Assembly: GCA_037189845.1 (NCBI GenBank)
Contig: JBBCIS010000008.1
Coordinates: 120,645-184,644 of the forward strand
Origin: a bacterium
Lineage (GTDB): Bacteria > Bacteroidota > Bacteroidia > Chitinophagales > JADIYW01
DNA length: 64,000 bases
Reading direction: 5' to 3'
Both the position numbers and the translations under genes were made by a program. Every line of letters starts with the position of its first letter. Position 1 is the stretch's first letter. The notes below the pieces were generated by a model that saw nothing but the letters and a program-made list of their open reading frames with translations, was not told the DNA's origin and ran no database searches. Positions 48,351-58,888 of the stretch are shown piece by piece.

Positions 48351-48764
48351 CTACCTCGAAGACTTCATGGCTGGAATTTTTGTAATGGCAGGATTGAGCA
48401 ACAGTGATTCATATAATTCCGAAGCCATATCAATGAGTTGGATTTTGCCTTCCTCATTAAAATAAACGCCCCATCCATAAGATTTAGAAAGAGGAGATGT
48501 CCGTAAACAAGGTTGTCCCTTTGAGAAAAAGATCATTTTTTGCTCCGGTAATTCAGATTCTGACCAGCCTTGTCTGAGGGCGTGGATACCAAAAATCAGC
48601 TCGTCAGAAGTGTGGGAGAGAGGCTGCTGGCTCAGCCATTCATATTGATATCGGGCAATGGATTTTTTGTCATCTTTCAATGGTGGAACAGATGCTTGCT
48701 CTGCTTTTGAGTCCTTTGCAACTGTTATAAGTGTATTGAAGTAATTTGTTGTATGTGTTTTCAT
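48351..48764 (-). CDS. Conserved hypothetical protein (DUF6157-like)
   Basis: HTTNYFNTLITVAKD, FFSKGQPCLRTSPLSKSYGWG. Confidence 0.75.
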   Translation of the reverse strand: MKTHTTNYFNTLITVAKDSKAEQASVPPLKDDKKSIARYQYEWLSQQPLSHTSDELIFGIHALRQGWSESELPEQKMIFFSKGQPCLRTSPLSKSYGWGVYFNEEGKIQLIDMASELYESLLLNPAITKIPAMKSSR

Positions 48765-48933
48765 CTGATATGTTTTATTTTGATAGCTAACAGGCTTTTT
48801 GATATATAAATAACTTTTGGTCAGGGGAAAATCATATCTGTTTCTGAGAAATTTTGGAATGTAAAAATGATTAAAAGTACTTTATGGCTAAAATTAGTTT
48901 GAGAATACTTTTAACTTAGATTCTTCAAATTTA

Positions 48934-50025
48934 ATGAAGGTGGAAATAAAATACACTATTGATGAGCGGGCCGAAGCTTTTTTAATAACATATCTTAATA
49001 ATGCTTCACCCACAGGGTATGAGGAGAACGGACAACGTATTTGGATAGATTATCTCAAGCCATATATAGATACATACAAGGTAGATAACTATGGAACAGT
49101 TACAGCTATAGTTAATCCAGAAGCAGAATACAAAGTGGTGATCGAAGCGCATGCCGATGAAATATCATGGTATGTCAGCTATATCAACGACAACGGCTTA
49201 TTGCATGTCATCAGAAATGGCGGCAGTGATCACATGATTGCACCGTCTATGCGGGTAAACATACACACGGATAATGGATTTGTAGACGGCGTTTTCGGAT
49301 GGCCGGCCATTCATCTGAGAAAAGAGAAAGAACATACGCCTAAAATTTCAAACATCACTATAGATGTAGGTGCTACTACCAGAGAAGAAGCTGAGAAGAT
49401 GGGTATTCATGTGGGCTGTGTCATCACCTACAAAGATGAATTCTATACACTCAATGATAAATATTACGGTGGCCGTGCGCTGGATAACCGTATAGGAGGC
49501 TTTATGATTGCTGAGGTGGCGAGATTACTGCATACTAATAAGGATAAGCTTCCTTTCGGCTTGTATGTAGTCAATGCTGTACAGGAAGAAGTCGGACTGA
49601 GAGGAGCAGAAATGGCAGTAGAATGGATCAAGCCGGATATGGCGATTATTACGGATGTTTGCCATGATACTTCTACGCCAATGATAGATGTTAAAGAAAC
49701 GGGAGATACCAGATGCCACAAAGGACCTGTAATTACTTATGCTCCGGCAGTACAGAACAATGTAAGAAAAATGATTATTCAGGCAGCGCAGGACAATAAC
49801 ATACCGTTCCAGCGCGATGCTTCTTCCAGAGTAACAGGTACAGATACAGATGCATTTGCCTATGGTAATGGGGGAGTACCTTCCGCATTAATATCTTTAC
49901 CAATGAGATATATGCATACTACAGTAGAAATGGTGTCTAAATCAGATGTCGCTGAAACTATAAAATTGATTTATGCAACATTATTAACCATTGACCCGAA
50001 ACGCTCGTTAAAGTATATTGATTAA
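48934..50025 (+). CDS. M42 family metallopeptidase
   Basis: EAHADEI, RALDNRIG, VQEEVGLRGA, TGTD, PMRYMHT. Confidence 0.93.
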   Translation: MKVEIKYTIDERAEAFLITYLNNASPTGYEENGQRIWIDYLKPYIDTYKVDNYGTVTAIVNPEAEYKVVIEAHADEISWYVSYINDNGLLHVIRNGGSDHMIAPSMRVNIHTDNGFVDGVFGWPAIHLRKEKEHTPKISNITIDVGATTREEAEKMGIHVGCVITYKDEFYTLNDKYYGGRALDNRIGGFMIAEVARLLHTNKDKLPFGLYVVNAVQEEVGLRGAEMAVEWIKPDMAIITDVCHDTSTPMIDVKETGDTRCHKGPVITYAPAVQNNVRKMIIQAAQDNNIPFQRDASSRVTGTDTDAFAYGNGGVPSALISLPMRYMHTTVEMVSKSDVAETIKLIYATLLTIDPKRSLKYID

Positions 50026-50074
50026 GAATAATGCATTTACAGTGTGAAAATGAGTGAAGCAGTGTATGAAATGG

Positions 50075-50102
50075 GAGGTAGTCAGCTTGACTGCCTCTTT
50101 AT
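50075..50102 (+). terminator. Intrinsic terminator between convergent genes
   Basis: GAGGTAGTCA-gct-TGACTGCCTC-TTTAT. Confidence 0.75.
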
Positions 50103-50121
50103 ATTTAAAGCAAGAGTATCA

Positions 50122-50499
50122 TTACCTCTTTAGCTCTACCATATAAGAGGTAACTTTTTTGATCTTTTGGGAAGAAGTGCTGGCGAATTCATAAAAATGA
50201 CTGAATGCCAGTTCGTAGCTGTCAAAAACCAGTGTTCCATGAGCAGCGCCGTATTTCCCGTGGGATATGATCTGATGAATAATCAGGGATTTTGGGATCC
50301 GTTCGACATTTGAAAGAAAATCTTTTACATTGTTCCAGCCATAAATAGTGGTATCTCCAACAATCTCCATTTCATAATCTTCTGTCACCAGTGTTTCAAA
50401 AGTTTGGAGATCATTTTTGGCGTAAGCTAAATGGGAATCGTAGATAATTTTACGTTTGGGTGAATTGTTACAGTCTTTAGGGGAATAAACTTTTATCAT
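50122..50499 (-). CDS. SnoaL/NTF2-like protein
   Basis: DCNNSPKR, IISHGKYGAAHG; 125 aa. Confidence 0.7.
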   Translation of the reverse strand: MIKVYSPKDCNNSPKRKIIYDSHLAYAKNDLQTFETLVTEDYEMEIVGDTTIYGWNNVKDFLSNVERIPKSLIIHQIISHGKYGAAHGTLVFDSYELAFSHFYEFASTSSQKIKKVTSYMVELKR

Positions 50500-50509
50500 A
50501 TATACGGGG

Positions 50510-51037
50510 TTAACTCATTTTCAATAAATTCTGTACGGTACTGATATTTCTGCTGGTTGCTTTTACTTTAAGTTTATTTTCAAAAAAATTGTTCGATAAT
50601 TTTGCTTTTGCAGCTCCTTCCGGTAGGTAGAAATACAGATTTGACTCGTAAATACTGAACTTTTCTTCGCCGGCTTCAAAATCTTTTAACGTCAGAATCT
50701 GATCAGTTGTTATATTTTTATTAAAGAATGTCACAAAAACCTTATTTGGGGGATAATCTACAGGGAAAGGATTCTGATCTAAAATTCTTTCCAGAATTTC
50801 CCTGCTGACAACAATAGCTTCAACATTACAGGAGAATTTTTCATTGATCAGCCGTTGTATATTTTCTTTGACTTCACCTGGATTTTCCTTGCTGGATAGA
50901 ATGATATTGCCGCTCTGGATATAAGTAAGCACATCCATATAGCCATATTCTGACAAATGCTTTTTCAGATCAGCCATTTTGATCAGGTTTTTACCTGAAA
51001 CATTCACTGCACGTAGAAGGACAATATGTTGCTGCAT
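50510..51037 (-). CDS. DUF1697 family protein
   Basis: LLRAVNVSGKNLIKMADLK, TYIQSGNII, TSRN. Confidence 0.9.
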   Translation of the reverse strand: MQQHIVLLRAVNVSGKNLIKMADLKKHLSEYGYMDVLTYIQSGNIILSSKENPGEVKENIQRLINEKFSCNVEAIVVSREILERILDQNPFPVDYPPNKVFVTFFNKNITTDQILTLKDFEAGEEKFSIYESNLYFYLPEGAAKAKLSNNFFENKLKVKATSRNISTVQNLLKMS

Positions 51038-51235
51038 ATTTTAATTTGAAATTATAAAGAAATTATTTTCAAGAGTTGCGGCTGAGGTAAAAATGTAACT
51101 GTTGTAAAAATAGTTTTGATAGATCAATATACAATATAAAAGAACTGCTATCAGGATAGCAAGGATATGTCTTTTGGAAGAATATGCAACAATTCAATTT
51201 AGGATACTTTTAATATCAGTTGATTTTATATTTTT

Positions 51236-51628
51236 GTGTCGATGAGGAAGTTTATCTGGAAATTTTACACACTATTTTTTGGGGTTTTAGTGCTTGTGTC
51301 CTGTAATTCAGGTTCGGATGTGGAAATTGATCAGGATTTGCTGATAAACAGCTGGGTTTGCGTAGAGATTTTCAATAATGATGAAGAGAGAGAAATTTTC
51401 CCGGGAGCATATTCACTGGAAATAAATAATGATAATACCTATTCTTATAAAGCAGGGATGCACGAAGACAATGGCAGCTGGAGCATAGTCAAAGAAGATG
51501 TGTTGCTGAATAGTAAAGATGGTGAAACCAGGGCATTATCTGTTTTAACTTTAAATGATACTACTCTGGTGCTGGAAATGGAGCAAATGGGCGATAATAT
51601 AAGAATGCATTTTACTCCGGAGATCTGA
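51236..51628 (+). CDS. Lipocalin-like lipoprotein
   Basis: Lipobox LVSC; LINSW, GSWSI, LNDTTLVL; start may be ATG 51242. Confidence 0.65.
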   Translation: MSMRKFIWKFYTLFFGVLVLVSCNSGSDVEIDQDLLINSWVCVEIFNNDEEREIFPGAYSLEINNDNTYSYKAGMHEDNGSWSIVKEDVLLNSKDGETRALSVLTLNDTTLVLEMEQMGDNIRMHFTPEI

Positions 51629-51785
51629 TGGGTGCATTTTCTTAAGCTGGATTTAATAGCAGAAAAACATTTACAGGCTCATTTTGCCTGTAAATTACGT
51701 CAAATCATTACATTCATTTAAAATTAGCATGTTCAGTATATAGGTAAGGATATTGTATCTTTGCACCCTTATCGCAAAACACTAT

Positions 51786-53582
51786 ATGCAGAATATTCGA
51801 AATATTGCTATCATCGCACACGTTGACCACGGCAAAACTACACTCGTTGACAAAATTTTATGGGCTTGTAAAACTTTTGCTGATCACGAACAAACCGGTA
51901 CTTTAATTCTTGACAATAATGAGTTGGAAAGAGAGAGAGGTATCACTATCGTATCAAAAAACGCATCAGTAAGATACAAGGATTATAAAATCAACCTGAT
52001 AGATACTCCTGGTCACGCTGACTTTGGCGGCGAGGTAGAGCGTGTATTGAAAATGGCTGATGGTGTTTTACTATTGGTAGATGCATTTGAAGGTCCGATG
52101 CCTCAGACGCGTTTTGTATTGCAAAAAGCATTGGAGCTGGGTTTGAAGCCAATTGTGGTAGTCAATAAGGTGGACAAAGAAAACTGTACGCCGGATGAAG
52201 TACACGAAAAAGTGTTTGATCTGATGTTCCAGCTGGATGCTACAGAAGATCAGCTGGATTTCCCGACATTGTATGGTTCAGCACGTTCAGGCTGGATGAG
52301 CACAGACTGGAGAAAACCTAAAGAAGATATCAATGACTTGTTAGATGCAGTAATTGAGCACATCCCGGCACCGAAAATACAGGAAGGTTCACTTCAGCTG
52401 CAGATCACATCATTGGATTATTCATCTTTCGTGGGTCGTATTGCTATCGGCCGTTTATTCAGAGGTACATTAAAAGCAGGTATGCCTGTATCTTTGGTAA
52501 AACGTGACGGCAAGGTTGTCAAATCCCGTATCAAAGAGCTTTTGGTTTTTGAGGGTATGGGTAAAGTAAAAGTGGATGAAGTTCAGCCGGGTGAAATCTG
52601 TGCAGTGACAGGAATTGAAGGATTTGAGATCGGTGATACTATCGCTGATTATGAAAATCCTGAGGCAATGACTGCTATTTCGATAGATGAGCCTACAATG
52701 AGCATGTTGTTTACTATCAATGATTCTCCATTCTTTGGTCGTGAAGGTAAATTTGTTACCTCCCGCCATATCAAAGAAAGATTGGAAAAAGAATTAGAGA
52801 AAAATCTTGCGCTTCGTGTACAGGCAGGCGCTACAGCAGATAGCTTTAAAGTATTCGGTCGTGGAGTATTACACTTATCTGTATTGATCGAGACCATGCG
52901 TCGTGAAGGATACGAGCTTCAGGTAGGTCAGCCGCAGGTGATCTTTAAAGATATAGACGGAAAACGTCATGAGCCGATAGAGGAATTGACAATTGACCTT
53001 CCGGAAGAAAGATCCGGTACGGCTATAGAAATGGTTGCCCGTCGTAAAGGCGATATGAAAAATATGGTATTGAAAGGCAATCGCGTTATCCTTGACTTTG
53101 AAATTCCTTCCAGAGGTATCATAGGATTGCGTACTGAAATGATCACAGCTACATCCGGAGAAGCAGTAGTAACACATCGTTTCATTGGTTACCAGCCGCA
53201 CAAAGGTGAGATTCCCGGTCGTTTGAATGGTTCTATCATTTCTAAAGAACAAGGCGAAGCTATCGCATACTCATTGGATAAATTACAGGACAGAGGTAAA
53301 TTCTTCGTTGAGCCGGGTGATGAAATCTACACAGGTATGGTGATCGGAGAAAACTCCCGTCAGGATGACCTTGTTGTAAACTGTACAGTAACTAAAAAGC
53401 TGACAAACGTTCGTGCATCAGGTTCTGATGATAAAGTAAAACTAGCTCCTCCGGTTAAATTCTCTTTAGAGGAAGCATTGGAATATATCCAGGGTGATGA
53501 ATACGTAGAGTTGACACCTAAATCAATTCGTATCCGTAAGATCTACCTGGACGAGAATGAGCGTAAACGCCGCGGTAAATAA
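51786..53582 (+). CDS. typA: Translational GTPase TypA/BipA
   Basis: RNIAIIAHVDHGKTTLVD, ERERGITI, DTPGHADF, GRGVLHL; ATG at 51786 with TATCTTTG promoter box at 51756. Confidence 0.98.
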   Translation: MQNIRNIAIIAHVDHGKTTLVDKILWACKTFADHEQTGTLILDNNELERERGITIVSKNASVRYKDYKINLIDTPGHADFGGEVERVLKMADGVLLLVDAFEGPMPQTRFVLQKALELGLKPIVVVNKVDKENCTPDEVHEKVFDLMFQLDATEDQLDFPTLYGSARSGWMSTDWRKPKEDINDLLDAVIEHIPAPKIQEGSLQLQITSLDYSSFVGRIAIGRLFRGTLKAGMPVSLVKRDGKVVKSRIKELLVFEGMGKVKVDEVQPGEICAVTGIEGFEIGDTIADYENPEAMTAISIDEPTMSMLFTINDSPFFGREGKFVTSRHIKERLEKELEKNLALRVQAGATADSFKVFGRGVLHLSVLIETMRREGYELQVGQPQVIFKDIDGKRHEPIEELTIDLPEERSGTAIEMVARRKGDMKNMVLKGNRVILDFEIPSRGIIGLRTEMITATSGEAVVTHRFIGYQPHKGEIPGRLNGSIISKEQGEAIAYSLDKLQDRGKFFVEPGDEIYTGMVIGENSRQDDLVVNCTVTKKLTNVRASGSDDKVKLAPPVKFSLEEALEYIQGDEYVELTPKSIRIRKIYLDENERKRRGK

Positions 53583-53606
53583 TGTATGCAACTTTTATAT
53601 AAAGAT

Positions 53607-53640
53607 AAGCTCCTGTCATCCGGCAGGAGCTTGCTTTTTT
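53607..53640 (+). terminator. Intrinsic terminator after typA
   Basis: AAGCTCCTGTC-atcc-GGCAGGAGCTT-gc-TTTTTT. Confidence 0.85.
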
Positions 53641-53792
53641 AATGAAGATCACTAATTCAGATCATCAGTATTCTTTGGATAAAACAAACAGTCTGTAAAT
53701 AAAAAATAAATTGTACCTTTGCATCCGTTTACAAACCCTGCCCAAACTATTGATAGCAAAGCAGGCATTAAAAAACTAAAACATTTTTTAAA

Positions 53793-54299
53793 ATGGCAGT
53801 TAAAATTCGTCTTCAAAGACACGGTAAAAAAGGAAAACCTTTTTACAAAATTGTTGCTGCAGACAGCAGAGCAAGAAGAGATGGTAAATTCATCGAAGCA
53901 TTGGGTTCTTACAACCCGACTACAGTTCCTGCAACTATCGAATTAGATGTTGACAGATCTGTTTACTGGTTACAGAATGGTGCAGAGCCAACTGACACAG
54001 TAAAATCTATCCTTCAGTTCAAAGGAGCGCTTTACAAAAAACACTTGTTAAGAGGTGTTGCTAAAGGATCTTTTTCAGTAGAAGAGGCAGAAGCTAAATT
54101 TGGTGAGTGGATCGCTAACAAAAACAATATTGTTGTAGCTGCTCAGGATGGCGCAAAAGCTAAAAAACTAGCTGCTTACGAAGCATCTGTACAAGCCGGA
54201 AAAGAAAGAGCTGAAGCAAGATTGAAGTCAAAAGAAGTAGCAGAAGAGGCTCCGGCAGAGGAAGCTGCTGCTGAAGCTGAAGAAAATAGCGCAGAATAA
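53793..54299 (+). CDS. rpsP: 30S ribosomal protein S16 with Bacteroidota C-terminal extension
   Basis: [25 protein letters not shown]; TACCTTTG promoter box at 53714. Confidence 0.98.
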   Translation: MAVKIRLQRHGKKGKPFYKIVAADSRARRDGKFIEALGSYNPTTVPATIELDVDRSVYWLQNGAEPTDTVKSILQFKGALYKKHLLRGVAKGSFSVEEAEAKFGEWIANKNNIVVAAQDGAKAKKLAAYEASVQAGKERAEARLKSKEVAEEAPAEEAAAEAEENSAE

Positions 54300-54349
54300 T
54301 CTTTCTTTTCTGAAGAAAGTTCACTTCTAAGATTTTCTTGCATTTTATC

Positions 54350-54856
54350 ATGAATGATCTCGTACAAATAGGTAGTATTCAAAAAGCTCATGGTGTCAAA
54401 GGCATTATGAAAATCAGAGTCACTCCTGAGTACATGGAAGATTTACTACAGATGGATGCCGTTTTTATACAGACATCCAAAGATACATTGCCTTACTTTG
54501 TCAAAAGCGTAGAAGCTATAGCAGAAGACTCGGCATTGTTACTGGTAGAAGAAATCGACAGCAAAGAGCAGGTCATTCCGCTGATGAAGTGCCCGATCCT
54601 CGCCAGAGAAGAAGATCTCAGTGTGGAATTGGAAGAATGGGAATCTCTCGTCGGATACTATATCATAGATAAGACAGCAGGAGACGTAGGCGAAATTATT
54701 GAGATCATCGAGATGCCGCATCAGGACCTTGCCAAAGTCAGATATCAGGACAGAGAAGTATTTATACCCATTCACGAAGATCTTGTGGAAGAAGTGGACG
54801 AAGAAGCGAAAAAATTATTCATGGATTTGCCCGAAGGTTTTTTTGAAGTTTTCTAG
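54350..54856 (+). CDS. rimM: Ribosome maturation factor RimM
   Basis: [15 protein letters not shown]-barrel C-terminus [11 protein letters not shown]; operon context. Confidence 0.93.
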   Translation: MNDLVQIGSIQKAHGVKGIMKIRVTPEYMEDLLQMDAVFIQTSKDTLPYFVKSVEAIAEDSALLLVEEIDSKEQVIPLMKCPILAREEDLSVELEEWESLVGYYIIDKTAGDVGEIIEIIEMPHQDLAKVRYQDREVFIPIHEDLVEEVDEEAKKLFMDLPEGFFEVF

Positions 54857-54861
54857 TTGAT

Positions 54862-55548
54862 ATGCGCATAGATATACTTTCAGCAGTTCCCGAGCTTTTG
54901 AGCAGTCCGTTCAGCCACTCCATCATGAAGAGGGCAGCAGACAAAGGAATACTGGAAGTGCATGTGCACAATGTCAGAGATTATTCCACGCTGAAACATA
55001 AGCAGATAGATGATTATCAGTTTGGAGGCGGGGCAGGAATGGTAATGATGATCGAGCCTGTTTTAAGGTGTATCGAACATCTCAGCTCTGAAAGAAAATA
55101 CGACGAAATTATCTTTCTTACACCCGACGGCGAGCTATTGAATCAGAGTATTGCCAATCAGCTTTCACTGAAAGAAAATCTGATTTTAGTCTGTGGACAT
55201 TATAAAGGCATAGACGAAAGATTGAGAGAACACGTCATTACTAAAGAGATTTCTATAGGAAATTATGTGCTTTCGGGAGGCGAGTTGCCGGCCGCAGTGT
55301 TGGTGGACAGTATTGGCAGACTGATCCCCGGAGTTTTGAACGATGAGACCTCAGCTTTGTCAGATTCATTTCAGGACGATCTTTTGTCACCGCCCGTGTA
55401 TACCCGGCCAGCCGATTACAATGGCTGGAAAGTTCCGGAAGTGCTGTTGAGCGGACATGCGGCAAAGATAGAAGCCTGGAGGCATGAAAAAGCTATAGAA
55501 AGAACGCTTCAGAGACGACCGGAATTAATAAAAGATAAACAAAACTAA
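54862..55548 (+). CDS. trmD: tRNA (guanine-N1)-methyltransferase
   Basis: [36 protein letters not shown]. Confidence 0.98.
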   Translation: MRIDILSAVPELLSSPFSHSIMKRAADKGILEVHVHNVRDYSTLKHKQIDDYQFGGGAGMVMMIEPVLRCIEHLSSERKYDEIIFLTPDGELLNQSIANQLSLKENLILVCGHYKGIDERLREHVITKEISIGNYVLSGGELPAAVLVDSIGRLIPGVLNDETSALSDSFQDDLLSPPVYTRPADYNGWKVPEVLLSGHAAKIEAWRHEKAIERTLQRRPELIKDKQN

Positions 55549-55617
55549 AGTACAGATAAACTATTTGGATTGTAGTAAATTTGTACTAACTTTGCACACC
55601 GATTTAAAGAAAGAGAA

Positions 55618-55968
55618 ATGGATATCATTAAAACTCTCGAAAAAGACCTTATACCACAAAGAAATTTCCCTGAATTCAAAGCAGGAGACAATATCAGCGT
55701 ACACTACAAAATCATTGAAGGCGCGAAAGAACGTATTCAGATTTTCCGTGGTGATGTTATCCAACGCAAAGGAAGCGGTCTTACACAAACTTTCACAGTT
55801 AGAAAAATCTCTAATGGTGTAGGCGTTGAAAGAATTTTCCCGGTTTACTCTCCAAACATTGCGGAGATTGAGTTGCACAAAAAAGGTAAAGTACGCAGAG
55901 CTCGTATCTACTACCTACGCGACTTGAAAGGTAAAGCTGCGAGAATCAAAGAATTAAGAAAAGGGTAA
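55618..55968 (+). CDS. rplS: 50S ribosomal protein L19
   Basis: [35 protein letters not shown]; TAACTTTG box at about 55586. Confidence 0.98.
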   Translation: MDIIKTLEKDLIPQRNFPEFKAGDNISVHYKIIEGAKERIQIFRGDVIQRKGSGLTQTFTVRKISNGVGVERIFPVYSPNIAEIELHKKGKVRRARIYYLRDLKGKAARIKELRKG

Positions 55969-55989
55969 TTCCTGATCAGAAATATCATC

Positions 55990-56024
55990 AAGGCCTCCAT
56001 GTAAATGTGAGGCCTTTGTGTTTT
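55990..56024 (+). terminator. Intrinsic terminator after rplS
   Basis: AAGGCCTC...GAGGCCTT followed by TGTGTTTT. Confidence 0.7.
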
Positions 56025-56175
56025 GGAGAAATAGGTATGTATGATGGCAGTTGACGGGCTTTCAGCTCATAGTCCTCACTGCATTGCATTCCGTTGCGGG
56101 CTACCCGCTTCTATCCCGACTGCGCATACGCAAGACACTTTCAGGATTAAAATTTTAGTGTCATATTTGACTATA

Positions 56176-56619
56176 ATGATATCACAATCCATCCTTCGCC
56201 TGGAAGCTATTCTGGAAACAGCACCGGAATTACTGAAAACAATCAGTGAAGAAGAATTTGCATACAAGCCTTCGCGTGATAAATGGAGCAAAAAGCAAAT
56301 GCTCGGGCATCTGATTGATAGTGCTGCAAACAATCATCAGAGATTTATTCGCGGGCAATTTGAACATAATCCCGAGATCAGGTATGACCAGAATAAATGG
56401 AATGAGTTCAGCTATTACCAACAGATTGACCCTCGTCAGCTGATTGATTTCTGGGTACTTTATAACAGACAATTAATTGAAATTATAAAACGAATACCCG
56501 ATGAGAATTTAGTAAGACAAGTTAAAGTAGGAGAGACTCTTCTCAGTCTGGATTTTCTGATCGCAGATTATGTCGGACATTTAGAGCATCATTTGAAAGA
56601 AATAATTTCTTATCAGTAA
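56176..56619 (+). CDS. DinB family protein
   Basis: KWSKKQMLGHLIDSAANNHQRF, DYVGHLEHHL; ATG at 56176 preferred. Confidence 0.9.
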   Translation: MISQSILRLEAILETAPELLKTISEEEFAYKPSRDKWSKKQMLGHLIDSAANNHQRFIRGQFEHNPEIRYDQNKWNEFSYYQQIDPRQLIDFWVLYNRQLIEIIKRIPDENLVRQVKVGETLLSLDFLIADYVGHLEHHLKEIISYQ

Positions 56620-56747
56620 ATGCCACAACTATTTTCTTTCCTAAAATAGATTGATAAATATTTATTTACATTTATCAGATAAAGTTAATCTAATAGATTG
56701 TACGATCACCTGAAAGTTACAGAGTAGTATAATAGGTTTATAGAAGA

Positions 56748-56846
56748 ATGAAAGTAAGAGAAGGCGGAAAAATACGACTGCATGAAACATGGCAATGGAC
56801 AAGCGGGAATCATTCCGGGGGAACATCTGTCATTGAAGAGCAATAA
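56748..56846 (+). pseudogene. 3' remnant of a conserved small beta-rich hypothetical gene
   Basis: Short frame MKVREGGKIRLHETWQWTSGNHSGGTSVIEEQ*; GKIRLHE.WQWTSG...S.IEE recalled as the C-terminus of a widespread hypothetical family. Confidence 0.5.
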
Positions 56847-56895
56847 ATTATACAGCTCATTTTAATTTTTGTGAAATAAATTCAGTTAAATAATT

Positions 56896-56939
56896 GCGAA
56901 ACCGAAAGGTTGCGTTTATATTTGATACCAATTGGTTTC
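56896..56939. promoter_or_regulatory. Two ArsR-type operator palindromes flanking a -7 box
   Basis: CGAAACC-gaaa-GGTTGCG and GATACC-aatt-GGTTTC around TATATTTG (56917-56924). Confidence 0.6.
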
Positions 56940-56952
56940 ATAAGCGAGTAAA

Positions 56953-57267
56953 ATGAGAAGAGATATCTTTCAGGCAATTGCCGATCCTACCAGACGGGCT
57001 ATCATTACACTCATAGCTATTCAGGCAATGACGCCTAACGCTATTGCCGAGCATTTTGACACTTCCAGACAGGCTGTTTCCAAGCACCTCAGGATTTTGC
57101 AGGAATGTGAGCTGATTAGGCCCGAACAGCAAGGGCGTGAGATATATTATACGCTGGAAATTGAAAAAATGAAAGAAATTGATCAATGGCTGGAACAATT
57201 CCGGAAGATATGGGAGACAAAATTCAGCCAGCTGGATAAATTATTAGTAACTCTGAAAAAACAATAA
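56953..57267 (+). CDS. ArsR/SmtB family transcriptional regulator
   Basis: [35 protein letters not shown]. Confidence 0.93.
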   Translation: MRRDIFQAIADPTRRAIITLIAIQAMTPNAIAEHFDTSRQAVSKHLRILQECELIRPEQQGREIYYTLEIEKMKEIDQWLEQFRKIWETKFSQLDKLLVTLKKQ

Positions 57268-57268
57268 A

Positions 57269-58180
57269 ATGAATACAAATCTCTTATTCGATTTTTCTGT
57301 CAATAAAGAAAATAATACGATCCACGTTAAGCGTGAATTTGATGCTAATCTCGGAATGGTCTGGAAAGCATGGACGACTGCTGAGCTGCTTGACCAATGG
57401 TGGGCTCCGGCTCCGTACAGAAATCAGACCAAGTCAATGGATTTTCGGGAGGGCGGCACATGGCTTTATTCAATGATAAGTCCTGAGAATGAAACGCACT
57501 GGTCCCGGTTTGATTATGAGAAAATTGATGAACAAAAGAGCTATACTGGTTTAGATGCTTTCTGTGATGAAACAGGAAAAATCAACACCGATTTTGACCG
57601 TATGCACTGGGAAAATGTTTTCAGCGAAACAGCCGGGCATACAACGGTAAACATTACGATATCAGTAGGTTCCTGGGATACACTGAAAAAAATTATACAG
57701 ATGGGCTTCAAAGAAGGTTTTACACAAGGTCTGAATCAGCTGGAAGAATTGCTGTCAAAGCAAAAAGCAAGTAACAAAATTACCATCAGCACTACTGTAA
57801 ATGGAGATGTTCAACAAGTCTGGAAGCACTATACCGAACCGGCACATATTACACAATGGAATTTCGCACATCCATCCTGGCATTGCCCGTCAGCTACCAA
57901 TGATATGCGGGTAGGTGGAAAATATTCTGCAAGAATGGAAGCAAAAGATGGAAGCTACGGATTTGATTTTGAGGCGGTATACGATGAAGTCATTGCCGGC
58001 AAAAGTTTTAGCTATACCATGTCAGACGGACGCAGCGTATCTGTCTTGTTCAATGAAAATAAAGGGCAGACCGAATTAATTATCACTTTTGATCCGGAGG
58101 AAGTAAATCCTGTGGAAATGCAAAAAGCTGGCTGGCAGGCTATTCTGGATAATTTTAAAAATTACTCCGAAGCACAATAA
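57269..58180 (+). CDS. Tandem SRPBCC (AHSA1/START-like) domain protein
   Basis: Two domains: VWKAWTTAELLDQWWAP...MDFREGG and VWKHYTEPAHITQWNFA...NDMRVGGKY...QKAGWQAILDNF. Confidence 0.88.
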   Translation: MNTNLLFDFSVNKENNTIHVKREFDANLGMVWKAWTTAELLDQWWAPAPYRNQTKSMDFREGGTWLYSMISPENETHWSRFDYEKIDEQKSYTGLDAFCDETGKINTDFDRMHWENVFSETAGHTTVNITISVGSWDTLKKIIQMGFKEGFTQGLNQLEELLSKQKASNKITISTTVNGDVQQVWKHYTEPAHITQWNFAHPSWHCPSATNDMRVGGKYSARMEAKDGSYGFDFEAVYDEVIAGKSFSYTMSDGRSVSVLFNENKGQTELIITFDPEEVNPVEMQKAGWQAILDNFKNYSEAQ

Positions 58181-58220
58181 CCACAATATTACAGACAAAT
58201 ATCTTTTTAAAACAATAACG

Positions 58221-58625
58221 ATGGTCAGAGCTATTGCCAATGATATAATTGCTTACAATCAATCAAGAGATGGTGATGACAAAGCTATATGCGAATTGCT
58301 GGCAACAGAAATTACCCGTAATCTGCCCGGCGCAGTCAATAAAATATGGCATGCGCATCCTGTATGGTTTCTTGATGACAATCCGATAGCAGGCTATAGT
58401 AAGCAGAAATCCGGCATCAGACTGATGTTTTGGAGCGGAGCAGATTTTGAAGAGAATGTGCTGAATGTCAAAGGTGGAAAATTTAAGGATGCTTCCATTT
58501 TTTACAATTCAGTAGACGAAATCAATATCAGCGACTTAAAGCGGTGGCTGCAAAAATCCATTGAGATTCAGTGGGATTATAAGAATATTGTAAAAAGAAA
58601 AGGTAAGCTTGAGCGGCTGAAATAA
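58221..58625 (+). CDS. DUF1801 (YdhG-like) protein
   Basis: KIWHAHPVWF, GIRLMFWSG. Confidence 0.85.
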   Translation: MVRAIANDIIAYNQSRDGDDKAICELLATEITRNLPGAVNKIWHAHPVWFLDDNPIAGYSKQKSGIRLMFWSGADFEENVLNVKGGKFKDASIFYNSVDEINISDLKRWLQKSIEIQWDYKNIVKRKGKLERLK

Positions 58626-58668
58626 AGCCATTTGTAATTTTTAATCTATTATCAAAAAATATTTAGCG

Positions 58669-58725
58669 ATGCCATTTCAGGCATATTTAGACAACATAGA
58701 AAAGAAAACAGGTAAAACAGCGTAA
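58669..58725 (+). pseudogene. N-terminal remnant of a DUF4287-like gene
   Basis: MPFQAYLDNIEKKTGKTA* resembles the recalled DUF4287 start MSFQAYLDNI..KTGK; no recognisable continuation. Confidence 0.5.
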
Positions 58726-58888
58726 ATCTATTTACAGAAGCTGCACAAACCTGATTTTGAGAACGTGAAAGAAACGATATAAACGTATCTTCGGCTTTTG
58801 TACACCAAAAGATTTTCAGCGTTTTTATACTATAACATAACCATACAGTTTTTAATATTTTAAGCAAATACAAATAGTTTGATCATCC

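Noticed and set aside
56041-56175. N-terminal extension of the DinB ORF in the ORF track
   Set aside because: It translates a repeat element; ATG 56176 gives a family-typical length.
58652-58873. Minus-strand 73-aa ORF
   Set aside because: No motif, opposite to the local gene direction, and overlapping the DUF4287-like remnant.
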